In this document: piece by piece, positions 37,512 through 45,828 of the stretch
Layout: each line of letters starts with the position of its first letter
Position numbering within the stretch: position 1 is the first letter of the stretch
NCBI RefSeq assembly: GCF_000164865.1
Contig: NC_014618.1
Location: 661,753-725,752 of the forward strand
DNA length: 64,000 nucleotides
Source of the DNA: [Enterobacter] lignolyticus SCF1
GTDB lineage: Bacteria; Pseudomonadota; Gammaproteobacteria; Enterobacterales; Enterobacteriaceae
Direction of reading: 5' to 3'
Notes under the pieces: model-generated
Database searches by the model: none
Seen by the model: the letters and a program-made list of their open reading frames with translations, nothing else
Told to the model about the DNA's origin: nothing
Made by a program: the position numbers and the translations under genes

Positions 37512-38112
37512 GCTTAATTCAGCAGAAGAGCGGTATCAACCGGGCTCTGGAGACTTGGTGCTGGCTAATAAGTTAGGGATCACTGATGAAGAGGAAATGG
37601 AGGCGCTGGAATCTGGCTTGCTGCTGATGCTTTATGAACAGCTATTTATCGAAGGCCAGCCGCCAGCGGCGCTGGCTTTTGAGCATATCAGTGGCTGGCA
37701 TCGTCAATGGCTGGGGAATGTATACGACTGGGCGGGGAGATTGCGTAATGCCAACTTAACTAAGGACGGTTTCCAGTTTGCCGCTGCCGACAGAATTCCA
37801 CTGCTTCTGGATGGTTTCGAGAGGCAATTTCTCTCTAGGTCTGGTGAGCTGAAATCTCTGGCTCGTCCAGAGCTGGTTCGTTATCTGGCTGAATGTCATG
37901 TGGAATTTATTTTGATCCATCCATTCAGAGAAGGTAACGGGCGTCTGTCGCGGCTTCTTTGCGATGTGCTGGCTGTGTTGGCGGGGAAGGGCTTACTGGA
38001 CTATAGCCTGTGGGATGAGCACAAGGCATTTTACTTCAAGGCGATACAGGCAGGCGTATCAGGGAACTACAGCCCCATGATGCAACTGGTGAGCGATATA
38101 TTGCCAGATTAA
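37480..38112 (+). CDS. Fic/DOC-family protein (probable AMPylation or phosphocholination toxin)
   Basis: 210 aa with the canonical Fic active-site motif HPFREGNGRLSRLL. Its start overlaps the int 3' end by 32 nt. Confidence 0.7.
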   Translation: MDGGKSLAKYELNSAEERYQPGSGDLVLANKLGITDEEEMEALESGLLLMLYEQLFIEGQPPAALAFEHISGWHRQWLGNVYDWAGRLRNANLTKDGFQFAAADRIPLLLDGFERQFLSRSGELKSLARPELVRYLAECHVEFILIHPFREGNGRLSRLLCDVLAVLAGKGLLDYSLWDEHKAFYFKAIQAGVSGNYSPMMQLVSDILPD

Positions 38113-38255
38113 CGGGCGAGGCCAACGGCTTTCGCCTGTGCCTGATTTTTTTTGAGTTGCTGCTCAATCTTTTGCACAGAAGCACCGGTTTCTATCGCGG
38201 TCGAGCTGGCAACGGCGCGGTAGATTTGAGCTTTTGTGATAGGCGATTTTTTCAT
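38112..38255 (-). CDS. Small Lys-rich ORF (47 aa) convergent with and abutting the Fic gene
   Basis: MKKSPITKAQIYRAVASSTAIETGASVQKIEQQLKKNQAQAKAVGLAR. It is below the ORF-track size cut-off, and its stop abuts the Fic stop. Confidence 0.25.
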
Positions 38256-38407
38256 GTAGTCATGTCTCCTTGCGTTATTCTGGAAATTTTAGAGGGTAAT
38301 GAGAATGCTTGCAAGGTATAGACTGAGTTCCACTTTAAGTTATATAAATCAATATATAAAGCACGTATAGTGCAAGCGGCGAAGCATCACACAGGACGAC
38401 CAGTTAA

Positions 38408-39196
38408 ATGACCTCAAAGCAGCCCGACTTTTACCCTCTGTCTATGGCATCTGAAAAGTATCATATCATGCCTGACAATATACTGAATGACTGGCTTGAT
38501 CATAAGGTTCCACTCTACATTCGGTTGGATGCTTTGCCATGCCGGATTGTCCGATATATTGGCGGTGACAACTTTCTTTTGAAACATTGGAAACAGAAAA
38601 TAAAAAGCGGAGTAGATTATTATCAGCACGAAGCCATGCCGGAATTTAAGATAAGGCAGTTTTACCCAGAGAAAAATGCAGAAATAGAGGCCCAACTTTT
38701 GGAAGGGGACCTGGGATTATGCCGTTATACCTATAATGGGCTCGCACATGGTTACTGGCGGGTAAAGGCTACACCTGTAACCCGTTTTGCTGAAGGTCCT
38801 TATGTGCTGACAGATATGGATACTGTCAGAGAAAATAATAATATTGCAGGTGCGATTGCGGTATATGGTAAAGACAACTGGGATTATTTGATATTTCCGA
38901 GTGAAGTTTTCCGAGATAAATCAGAACTGTTTTTTAATGCAAATGAGTTGCCACTACAAAGCGGAGAAAACATGTCCGGTGAGAAAAAAGAAAAACAAAC
39001 CCGCATTTCAAGGCCAGAAAGAATAGCTCTGTATGTCATGCTGAAAGAGCATTATCTTGATGGCAATGGTGAGGTTAATTTTTCAAAAATGGCGGAAATG
39101 CTTACGGTGACTGCCGGAAAACATGGATTTAGTGACTCATTTAGTGATGACACCATCGCTAAGTGGATAAAACGTATTGAGAATGAAAATCAATAG
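38408..39196 (+). CDS. Hypothetical island protein (262 aa)
   Basis: Low-GC ORF after a long AT-rich spacer with no recognisable catalytic motif. The start could instead be one of the internal Met codons. Confidence 0.4.
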   Translation: MTSKQPDFYPLSMASEKYHIMPDNILNDWLDHKVPLYIRLDALPCRIVRYIGGDNFLLKHWKQKIKSGVDYYQHEAMPEFKIRQFYPEKNAEIEAQLLEGDLGLCRYTYNGLAHGYWRVKATPVTRFAEGPYVLTDMDTVRENNNIAGAIAVYGKDNWDYLIFPSEVFRDKSELFFNANELPLQSGENMSGEKKEKQTRISRPERIALYVMLKEHYLDGNGEVNFSKMAEMLTVTAGKHGFSDSFSDDTIAKWIKRIENENQ

Positions 39197-39409
39197 CTAG
39201 CCTTCCGTTGGTAATGAAACGTCAGAATGGCGCGTCGTCCACTTTAAAGATGAAAAAATAATCAACATGTGACCGCGCCAGTTGAATAGTGAACCACAGA
39301 AACCGCATTAAGTCCCGCAATAAGCGTTGACACCTTAATAAGGTGTCCGCTGCTTTCATTCAGTTACCCATCTGCGACATGCTGCTTCCACTGAAACAAA
39401 GGAGGCAGT

Positions 39410-39646
39410 ATGAGTACAACATTTATTACACCTACTCCGGAAGAACGCCTGAAAGTCCTGCGTAATTACGGTGAGCAAAGCGAGCGTCTGGTTCGTGAAC
39501 GGGAGCGTCAGGTCATCACATCCATTTCTCGCTCTACCGCGTGGAAGCTTGAAAAGGCTGGCAAGTTTCCGCAACGTAAATCACTTGGGGTGAAGTCGTG
39601 TGGTTGGTTGCTTAGCGATCTTCTTTACTGGATAAACGAAAGGTAG
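39410..39646 (+). CDS. alpA: AlpA-family phage/island transcriptional regulator (excisionase-like)
   Basis: 78 aa with a typical AlpA HTH (ISRSTAWKLEKAGKFPQRKSLG...LLSDLLYWI). Confidence 0.8.
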   Translation: MSTTFITPTPEERLKVLRNYGEQSERLVRERERQVITSISRSTAWKLEKAGKFPQRKSLGVKSCGWLLSDLLYWINER

Positions 39647-39710
39647 TGGCTAAACATCTCCTAATTCAGCATTTATTTTTCTGACCCAAAATAGAGGATG
39701 GATAACATGC

Positions 39711-41228
39711 ATGTTTAAAAGAACTAAGAGTAAGCAGAATAGAGAACTTTGCTTGGAGTTTCAGACGCTCCCCACTTTTGTACAACGATTGATACGCTAT
39801 ATACATTATAAAACAGGTGCCGCAGTTGAGCTTATTTTAATAGTGTTGCTTGGTGTAATGGCGTATGCCTGTCAGGATAAATTTGATGTTCAGCTTAAAA
39901 ATGGGAAAACCTTTACATCGCTTTACCTCCTATTTTTAGCAAGATCAGGTAGCAGGAAATCAACCGTCTTCAGGTTATTGATGGAGGAAATCTATCGGCT
40001 GGAAAAAGAACTGAAAGATGATTTCCTGTTAAAGGAGAAAGTTTATGAGCAGAAATTCGCATCTTGGGAAGTAGAATTAAAAGAGTATAAAAAACAATAC
40101 AGTAAAGCTATTCGTCAGAAGAGCGGTGTAACTGAAGCACTTGAAGCACAGGAGGAATGCCATGCAAGAAAACCAGTTGCACCGATAAGAAAGTATCTTA
40201 CTAAAAACGATTCAACAAGTGAGGGACTTAGAAAGGTATTGGCGCAGGGCTCTCCGTCATTGATGCTCGGGTCTGATGAGGCCGGAGGGTTATTCGACGG
40301 TAATCTTTTCCGTAATACACCAGTACTCAACTCTCTTTGGGGAGAAGGGAAAATAGCAGACAGCAGGGCATCACGCGACAGCTACGATGTTGATGACGCA
40401 CGGCTAAGCATGTTGCTAATGATGCAACCTGGTTTGTTTGATTACTATCTTGGAAAACAGGGAAAAATTGCAAAAGACTCAGGATGGTTAGCTCGTTTAT
40501 TACCAATTGACATGGAACAAATACCTGAACTATGCATCATCCCTGATGATGCCTGTTCATGGTCTGATGAGCCAGAGCTTGAAGAATTTTTCTCTATTCT
40601 CACTAAGCATTTGCAAGATGGAATGAGACGTAGAGGAAAAAATGAAGAAAGAATCTGTATTACTTTATCTGAAGAGGCGAAAACGTTATGGGATAAACAA
40701 AGTCAACGAATTCGGGAACTAATGAAACTAGGAGAGGATCTGCACCACTACGATGATTTTGGTGCCCGATTTATGGAGCATGCTTCAAGAATTGCAGCAG
40801 TAATGCAAATGTTTATTACACCTGATTTACCAATAATTACTAAGGAGACATTAGTGTCAGCCTTTAAAATAACTGAATGGTGTCTTAATCATTTAATTGT
40901 AAAAATAGACGCTACCAGAAAGCCTAGTGACTCTGAAATATTGCTATTTTGGCTTGAGGAACATGTTATCAGTAATCAATCTTACGATTTCAGGAGACAT
41001 AGTATTCGTAGAGATGGTCCAAATTGTCTTAGGAACATCGAGCGCCTGATATCTGTTTTAAAAAAGCTTGAAAGTGAGAGGAAGGTTCAGTTATTCAAGG
41101 AGGGGGGCGTTGATTACGTGAAATTTATAGGTTCAGAAATGAAACCTGAAAATCTAGCAAATGTATTAAAAATACCTACACTTTCATCTGGATCAGTTGC
41201 TTTTAATAAGTTACCACGACCTGAATAA
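39711..41228 (+). CDS. DUF3987/YfjI-like protein (P4 alpha-like primase-helicase-associated family)
   Basis: 505 aa. Its position after alpA in a CP4-57-type backbone and the motif LFLARSGSRKST match the yfjI family. Confidence 0.6.
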   Translation: MFKRTKSKQNRELCLEFQTLPTFVQRLIRYIHYKTGAAVELILIVLLGVMAYACQDKFDVQLKNGKTFTSLYLLFLARSGSRKSTVFRLLMEEIYRLEKELKDDFLLKEKVYEQKFASWEVELKEYKKQYSKAIRQKSGVTEALEAQEECHARKPVAPIRKYLTKNDSTSEGLRKVLAQGSPSLMLGSDEAGGLFDGNLFRNTPVLNSLWGEGKIADSRASRDSYDVDDARLSMLLMMQPGLFDYYLGKQGKIAKDSGWLARLLPIDMEQIPELCIIPDDACSWSDEPELEEFFSILTKHLQDGMRRRGKNEERICITLSEEAKTLWDKQSQRIRELMKLGEDLHHYDDFGARFMEHASRIAAVMQMFITPDLPIITKETLVSAFKITEWCLNHLIVKIDATRKPSDSEILLFWLEEHVISNQSYDFRRHSIRRDGPNCLRNIERLISVLKKLESERKVQLFKEGGVDYVKFIGSEMKPENLANVLKIPTLSSGSVAFNKLPRPE

Positions 41229-41474
41229 CTTCAGAGTAACTGAGGTTATCCAGATTGATATTTTTTGTTCCTAAGGTCAGTAACGCTGCGGCTTTAGTTT
41301 AAATTATTAGGGAGGGCAATTAATGGGTTTTAACTGGTATATGTAATATACCTTCATTAATGTTCTAATCTTATATCTGTACATCCCCCTGCAGGGATTA
41401 TATCCAACATCACATGGGTAGCGTGAGGGCTACCCATTACCTAATGATTAATATTTACAGAATGAAGGATTATT

Positions 41475-42173
41475 ATGGAATCACAATATTTGCTTACCGA
41501 CGAAGAAATTGTCATGCTGACAACGGAAACCTCCAGAATGTATGACTCGCCCATTGATGGCTATATGCTTAACAAAGCACTTAACATGGTCTATAACAGC
41601 TTAGAACAGCATAAACGGATATTGGCTATTCGTACTGACCCGAGATTTGCAATGTCTCATGTACCGGGAGAACCTGATCTACCAATATGCTTCCAACAAG
41701 ATGATCCACAGGCAATCACTCGTTTCTTCGAGTCACTGAAAAGTCAGTTACGGGCGGATCACAAACGCTCTCGGAGAGCAGGAGATCCAACACTACCATC
41801 TTATGTGTGGTGCAGAGAACGCGATACCGGGGAGCACCCACATTATCACCTGATGTTGCTGTTTAATGCAGATGTGTATGGATACTTGGGCAATTACCAA
41901 GAACTCAATGCTAAAAATATGGCAACCCGAATACAGAAAGCCTGGTGCAGTGCTGTAGGGCTTGCTCACGAAGATTACGCAACATTAACTGAATTCCCAC
42001 CAAATGCTGTTTATAGGTTTAGCATCTTCGATGCTTTGGATCGTAACTCAGTCTACTGGGATTTCCTGATTCGACTGGCGTATCTGGCGAAAACCAGAAC
42101 AAAGGATGTTCACAGCGGTTACCGCAACTTTGGCACAAGCCAGTGTCCACGCTTAAGCGGATTAGCCTGCTAA
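41475..42173 (+). CDS. Inovirus Gp2-type/YfjJ-like protein
   Basis: 232 aa in the position of yfjJ in the CP4-57 gene order, with a conserved HPHYHLMLLFN-type motif. Confidence 0.55.
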   Translation: MESQYLLTDEEIVMLTTETSRMYDSPIDGYMLNKALNMVYNSLEQHKRILAIRTDPRFAMSHVPGEPDLPICFQQDDPQAITRFFESLKSQLRADHKRSRRAGDPTLPSYVWCRERDTGEHPHYHLMLLFNADVYGYLGNYQELNAKNMATRIQKAWCSAVGLAHEDYATLTEFPPNAVYRFSIFDALDRNSVYWDFLIRLAYLAKTRTKDVHSGYRNFGTSQCPRLSGLAC

Positions 42174-42506
42174 TAGCACTCTGGGTGAGGATAAATACCT
42201 CACCCAGTCAATTAACATAATTGATACATTTCTAGGTAAAAAATTCGATACAGTGTCTCGGTACCCTGCTACAACCTGCTACATGTAGCAGCTGTAGCAG
42301 TTCCCAAGAAGCAGCACATACATTTTGGGTCTAAGAGTTACTGGTATGATGTAGTCAACGACACCTGCAATTAACCGATCGATTATGATACAAAGGTGTC
42401 ATTGATGGCACACGAGATGTTGACTGTAGCCAGTTTGAAATAATCTTTTTCACATGTATGGCCTTTCTTATAGGAGAGGCCAATCTGAATCAACGATAAT
42501 CATTAT

Positions 42507-43145
42507 TTAAATAATCTGCGTTTCGGACGAAAAAATAGCATTCAGAACTTTGGTCGATTGCAATAACGTCTCTAGTGCAGTCCTCAGTGGAGAAAATACT
42601 TCATGTTCCACTGGAAATTCACCATACTCCTTCCAGCAATCAGTAAGTAATTTTGGATTAATGATAACAGGAAGAAAATAGTTACCTTTCCCCTTATCCA
42701 ATAGCCCTAACTCCCTAAGTTGCTCACGGTATTGCTGTTGAATAGTACTGGTATAGCTCGTAAGCTTTCTGGCCCCACCAAAAAATCCTGCATTCAATTT
42801 AAACTCAAAACCAAACTGCCCCTGCTCGGTTCCTGTACCAGTCAGAACGGCTAAAATATAATCATTTCCATCAGTAACTGTCGAACTGTTTTCAAACCAA
42901 TATTTGCAGTTAACGCCTTCAATGACCCAGGCTGGATGGCCTAGCCAGCAATAGTCCTGATGTTCATAATTTGCTTTACCTACCCAGTTGTTGTCTTTCA
43001 TAAATCGTTCAACACACTGATCAAAGCTTTTCCAGAAGGCAGGGCTTAAATGCTGTTCAAAATAAACAACAGCTTCGTTAAACATCTTTAGTTGCGAAAG
43101 AATCAGTATACCGGCCTGACGTTCCGCATCGCTGTGTGGATTCAT
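42507..43145 (-). CDS. Hypothetical protein (212 aa), last gene of a 3-gene cargo operon
   Basis: It lies 15 nt downstream of the nuclease-like gene on the same strand. Trp/Phe-rich, with no known motif. Confidence 0.4.
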   Translation of the reverse strand: MNPHSDAERQAGILILSQLKMFNEAVVYFEQHLSPAFWKSFDQCVERFMKDNNWVGKANYEHQDYCWLGHPAWVIEGVNCKYWFENSSTVTDGNDYILAVLTGTGTEQGQFGFEFKLNAGFFGGARKLTSYTSTIQQQYREQLRELGLLDKGKGNYFLPVIINPKLLTDCWKEYGEFPVEHEVFSPLRTALETLLQSTKVLNAIFSSETQII

Positions 43146-43160
43146 GTCTAATCCCTTAAA

Positions 43161-43949
43161 TTAAAATGTACGAACTCGATTAAGAAAGCAAAATGCGGCA
43201 TGGGCAGCCATTTGGCGTGAAGGCGAGTTTTCATTGGCAGAAATGAATTCTTTGTAATGTGCTTGCAACGAAGACACTAAAGCTGTGGCGAGATGTCGCC
43301 AAGAAATACAAGGAACATCCTCTGGTTTGAAATCTAAGCCACAGGTCAGCGGTTTTCCGCCACGAGGCGTTAAAAAGATAACGGCCCAAGGACGTGAGAT
43401 TGCGCGCAATTTAGCATCAGAACAGTATCGGGCGACTTGTTCTGGCTGTTCATACGCATCAATTTTCACCTCTATAAGCAGGAAAAAATTATCCGCATTG
43501 ATTTCTACATCAACACGATTGGTATTATCGCCAGTAGGATTAGTTTCAACCCGCACCCGACAATAGTGAAGGTAATCTTCAGGGATATCATTTCTGCTGT
43601 GCCGTATTGCCTGCAGGAATGCCTGTAAAGGTAGTCTCCCGAAACCATGAGTCCCCTCGGGATCAAGAAGCCAGGCAAGAACAGCTGTGTTACGAACTTC
43701 TTTACGCCCAAGACCTGCTACTTCCCAGGGATCAAAAGATAAAGATCGATGCTGAACAACTTTCAGTGGTTCAGAGAGCAGGCTGAAGAACTCAGTTAGC
43801 TGAGATGCATCAATATTTGTTTTTTTATCTTTTTCTCTGGCCCACTCCAGGTTTTTTGGCCATTGGTGAAAAAATTCCGGTAGCAACTCAGCCAGTGAAG
43901 AATTGTCATGTTCCATTAGATGCCCACTTAAAAAAGACGAATTGTTCAT
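43161..43949 (-). CDS. PD-(D/E)xK-like nuclease-fold protein (262 aa)
   Basis: The candidate motifs VDVEI...LLIEVKID (D-x13-E-V-K) follow WLLDPEGTHGFG. Its start overlaps the stop of the upstream 615-aa gene (ATGA). Confidence 0.45.
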   Translation of the reverse strand: MNNSSFLSGHLMEHDNSSLAELLPEFFHQWPKNLEWAREKDKKTNIDASQLTEFFSLLSEPLKVVQHRSLSFDPWEVAGLGRKEVRNTAVLAWLLDPEGTHGFGRLPLQAFLQAIRHSRNDIPEDYLHYCRVRVETNPTGDNTNRVDVEINADNFFLLIEVKIDAYEQPEQVARYCSDAKLRAISRPWAVIFLTPRGGKPLTCGLDFKPEDVPCISWRHLATALVSSLQAHYKEFISANENSPSRQMAAHAAFCFLNRVRTF

Positions 43950-45793
43950 ACTAGCGGCAATTCAAAACACTTCACCGGTTTCCCATCCTGCATTTCTACC
44001 AGTAACCGTGCAGATTGTGGTTGCTCTACCAGCAATCCCTGTTGGAATTGCCCGAACGACAAATGGGCTTCTTCAATAGCCATCTTTTGCTGCAGTAAAG
44101 TCGTTGTGGTCCATTTCCGCAGCAATACTTTATTGGCATTTGTCGTATTACTCTGTTCCGCCAGGGCACTGATGCTTTGTATTCTCTGCTGTAGCTGACG
44201 CTCAACATTTTCAATCACGCCGTCGAACTGCTGATAGGTATCTGCAATGGTTCTATGGCGCTGCTTGACGAGTTTCGAGTTCCGTTCGGCATGTGTCAGA
44301 AGATGCAACGCTTGCGCACGCACTTTCATGGTAAGGTCCCATTCGTGGATGCGCTCCTCAAGGACATTTTGCTGGTTTTGGATTTTTTGCGTAATTTCCG
44401 TACTGCCAAAGAGCCCACGATCTTTCAGCGATTGAATTTTGTCGCCAGTATTTGAAATATCAGTCAGCAAGTGTGCCTGCAGGGCGGAGAACTGGACTTC
44501 AATATCCTCCAGTTTTTGGCGTATTGCTGGCGAACATTGCTCCTCAATAACCACGGGAGTAATTTGCTGCAAATACTGTATGGCCCCAATGATCTCTGAC
44601 TTGCGCGCGTTATTCTGGAATGCAGAAACTTCACGTACCGCCTCAACAATTTCCGTCAATTTCTTGCTGATATCAGCCAGGTGCTTTTGCGCTAGCACGG
44701 CAGAAGCAACATTCAACAACATACCGGCGTTAACAAGCTGACTGAGTTTGTCAGGATTCAGCAGAACGGCATGTTCTTTAATCCCTTTTTCTCCCAGGCT
44801 GAAGCCTCGGAAACCTGGGCCATCTTTTACACTCGCCAGAGGACCATTAATAATGACCTCCATATATTGATGGCTGGCAATATGTGTAGAGGCCGCCAGA
44901 GAGGGTAATGTTTGCAACAGTGGGCTCAACCGTGAAATACCGGTAATATCCTGCTCCTGCATCGCACCGGTGTTGATACTTTCCGAAGGTGGAATTGTAG
45001 CAACCGTAAGCGCAGGTTGGTGAATATCATGCCCAAAACCCCAGCGTTGATCGTATATGAGAGCAGGCATCGTGGCGGATGATGGCCGGGTGGCAAGCCG
45101 GAACTGGCGGGAGTTTTTTAAGCGAATCCAGGCAATTTGCACCACGCAAGGCAGTGTCACTCGAAACGCGGGGTTTGAGATATCATAGGCCGTATACAAG
45201 CCGGTAATAGCCAGGCCAACTGGCCCTGTTAATACACCCAACACACGCCCGATGCCAAGCCCTGCAATTAAAGGTAGCACTTTGCCTGCTGTCGTTTGAG
45301 CAAGGCCATTGGCAACTAATGCCGCTTTCTGCCAGACGGGGATGTCCAGACTGACAGAGGCGCTAATGCCCATACCACGCAGAATCTGGCGGCGCTCATC
45401 ATCCGACATTTTTTTCCATGATGAGGTAAAGACACAGTCAATAATCAGCGCTTCTTTTTCTTCTACCGATGCAGCGGCCTGAACCTTCATCTTCAGATGG
45501 CTGGCAACGTCATCTACAATTTCGCTGTAGCTGACGCCATTGCGACGAAACAGATTCACGAACGTATTACCACCGAAATGCTGTAACTCCCGTACAAGCA
45601 GGCGCAGAGTTTCTTCATCAGGTATATCCTGGTGTTTGGCGTCCTGTAATACGGCCTTTACGCTGTCTGACATGGAAAAACCAAACTTACCGGTGTTAGT
45701 GACGTAATCGATCAGCAGATCTATATCGCCTTTATCTGCGTTCAACAGCAGTTGAACCAGCGCTTCATCACCCTGGATATCTATCTCACTCAT
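43946..45793 (-). CDS. Large membrane-associated coiled-coil protein (615 aa; N-terminal soluble domain, Gly-zipper hydrophobic segment, long C-terminal coiled coil)
   Basis: A hydrophobic, Gly-rich stretch (ALVANGLAQTTAGKVLPLIAGLGIGRVLGVLTGPVGLAITGLYTAY) is followed by roughly 300 aa of Q/E/K-rich heptad-like helix. No NTPase motifs are present. Confidence 0.45.
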   Translation of the reverse strand: MSEIDIQGDEALVQLLLNADKGDIDLLIDYVTNTGKFGFSMSDSVKAVLQDAKHQDIPDEETLRLLVRELQHFGGNTFVNLFRRNGVSYSEIVDDVASHLKMKVQAAASVEEKEALIIDCVFTSSWKKMSDDERRQILRGMGISASVSLDIPVWQKAALVANGLAQTTAGKVLPLIAGLGIGRVLGVLTGPVGLAITGLYTAYDISNPAFRVTLPCVVQIAWIRLKNSRQFRLATRPSSATMPALIYDQRWGFGHDIHQPALTVATIPPSESINTGAMQEQDITGISRLSPLLQTLPSLAASTHIASHQYMEVIINGPLASVKDGPGFRGFSLGEKGIKEHAVLLNPDKLSQLVNAGMLLNVASAVLAQKHLADISKKLTEIVEAVREVSAFQNNARKSEIIGAIQYLQQITPVVIEEQCSPAIRQKLEDIEVQFSALQAHLLTDISNTGDKIQSLKDRGLFGSTEITQKIQNQQNVLEERIHEWDLTMKVRAQALHLLTHAERNSKLVKQRHRTIADTYQQFDGVIENVERQLQQRIQSISALAEQSNTTNANKVLLRKWTTTTLLQQKMAIEEAHLSFGQFQQGLLVEQPQSARLLVEMQDGKPVKCFELPLV

Positions 45794-45828
45794 GAAAATA
45801 CCTCTGCCATATTCATCACCAAAATCTA

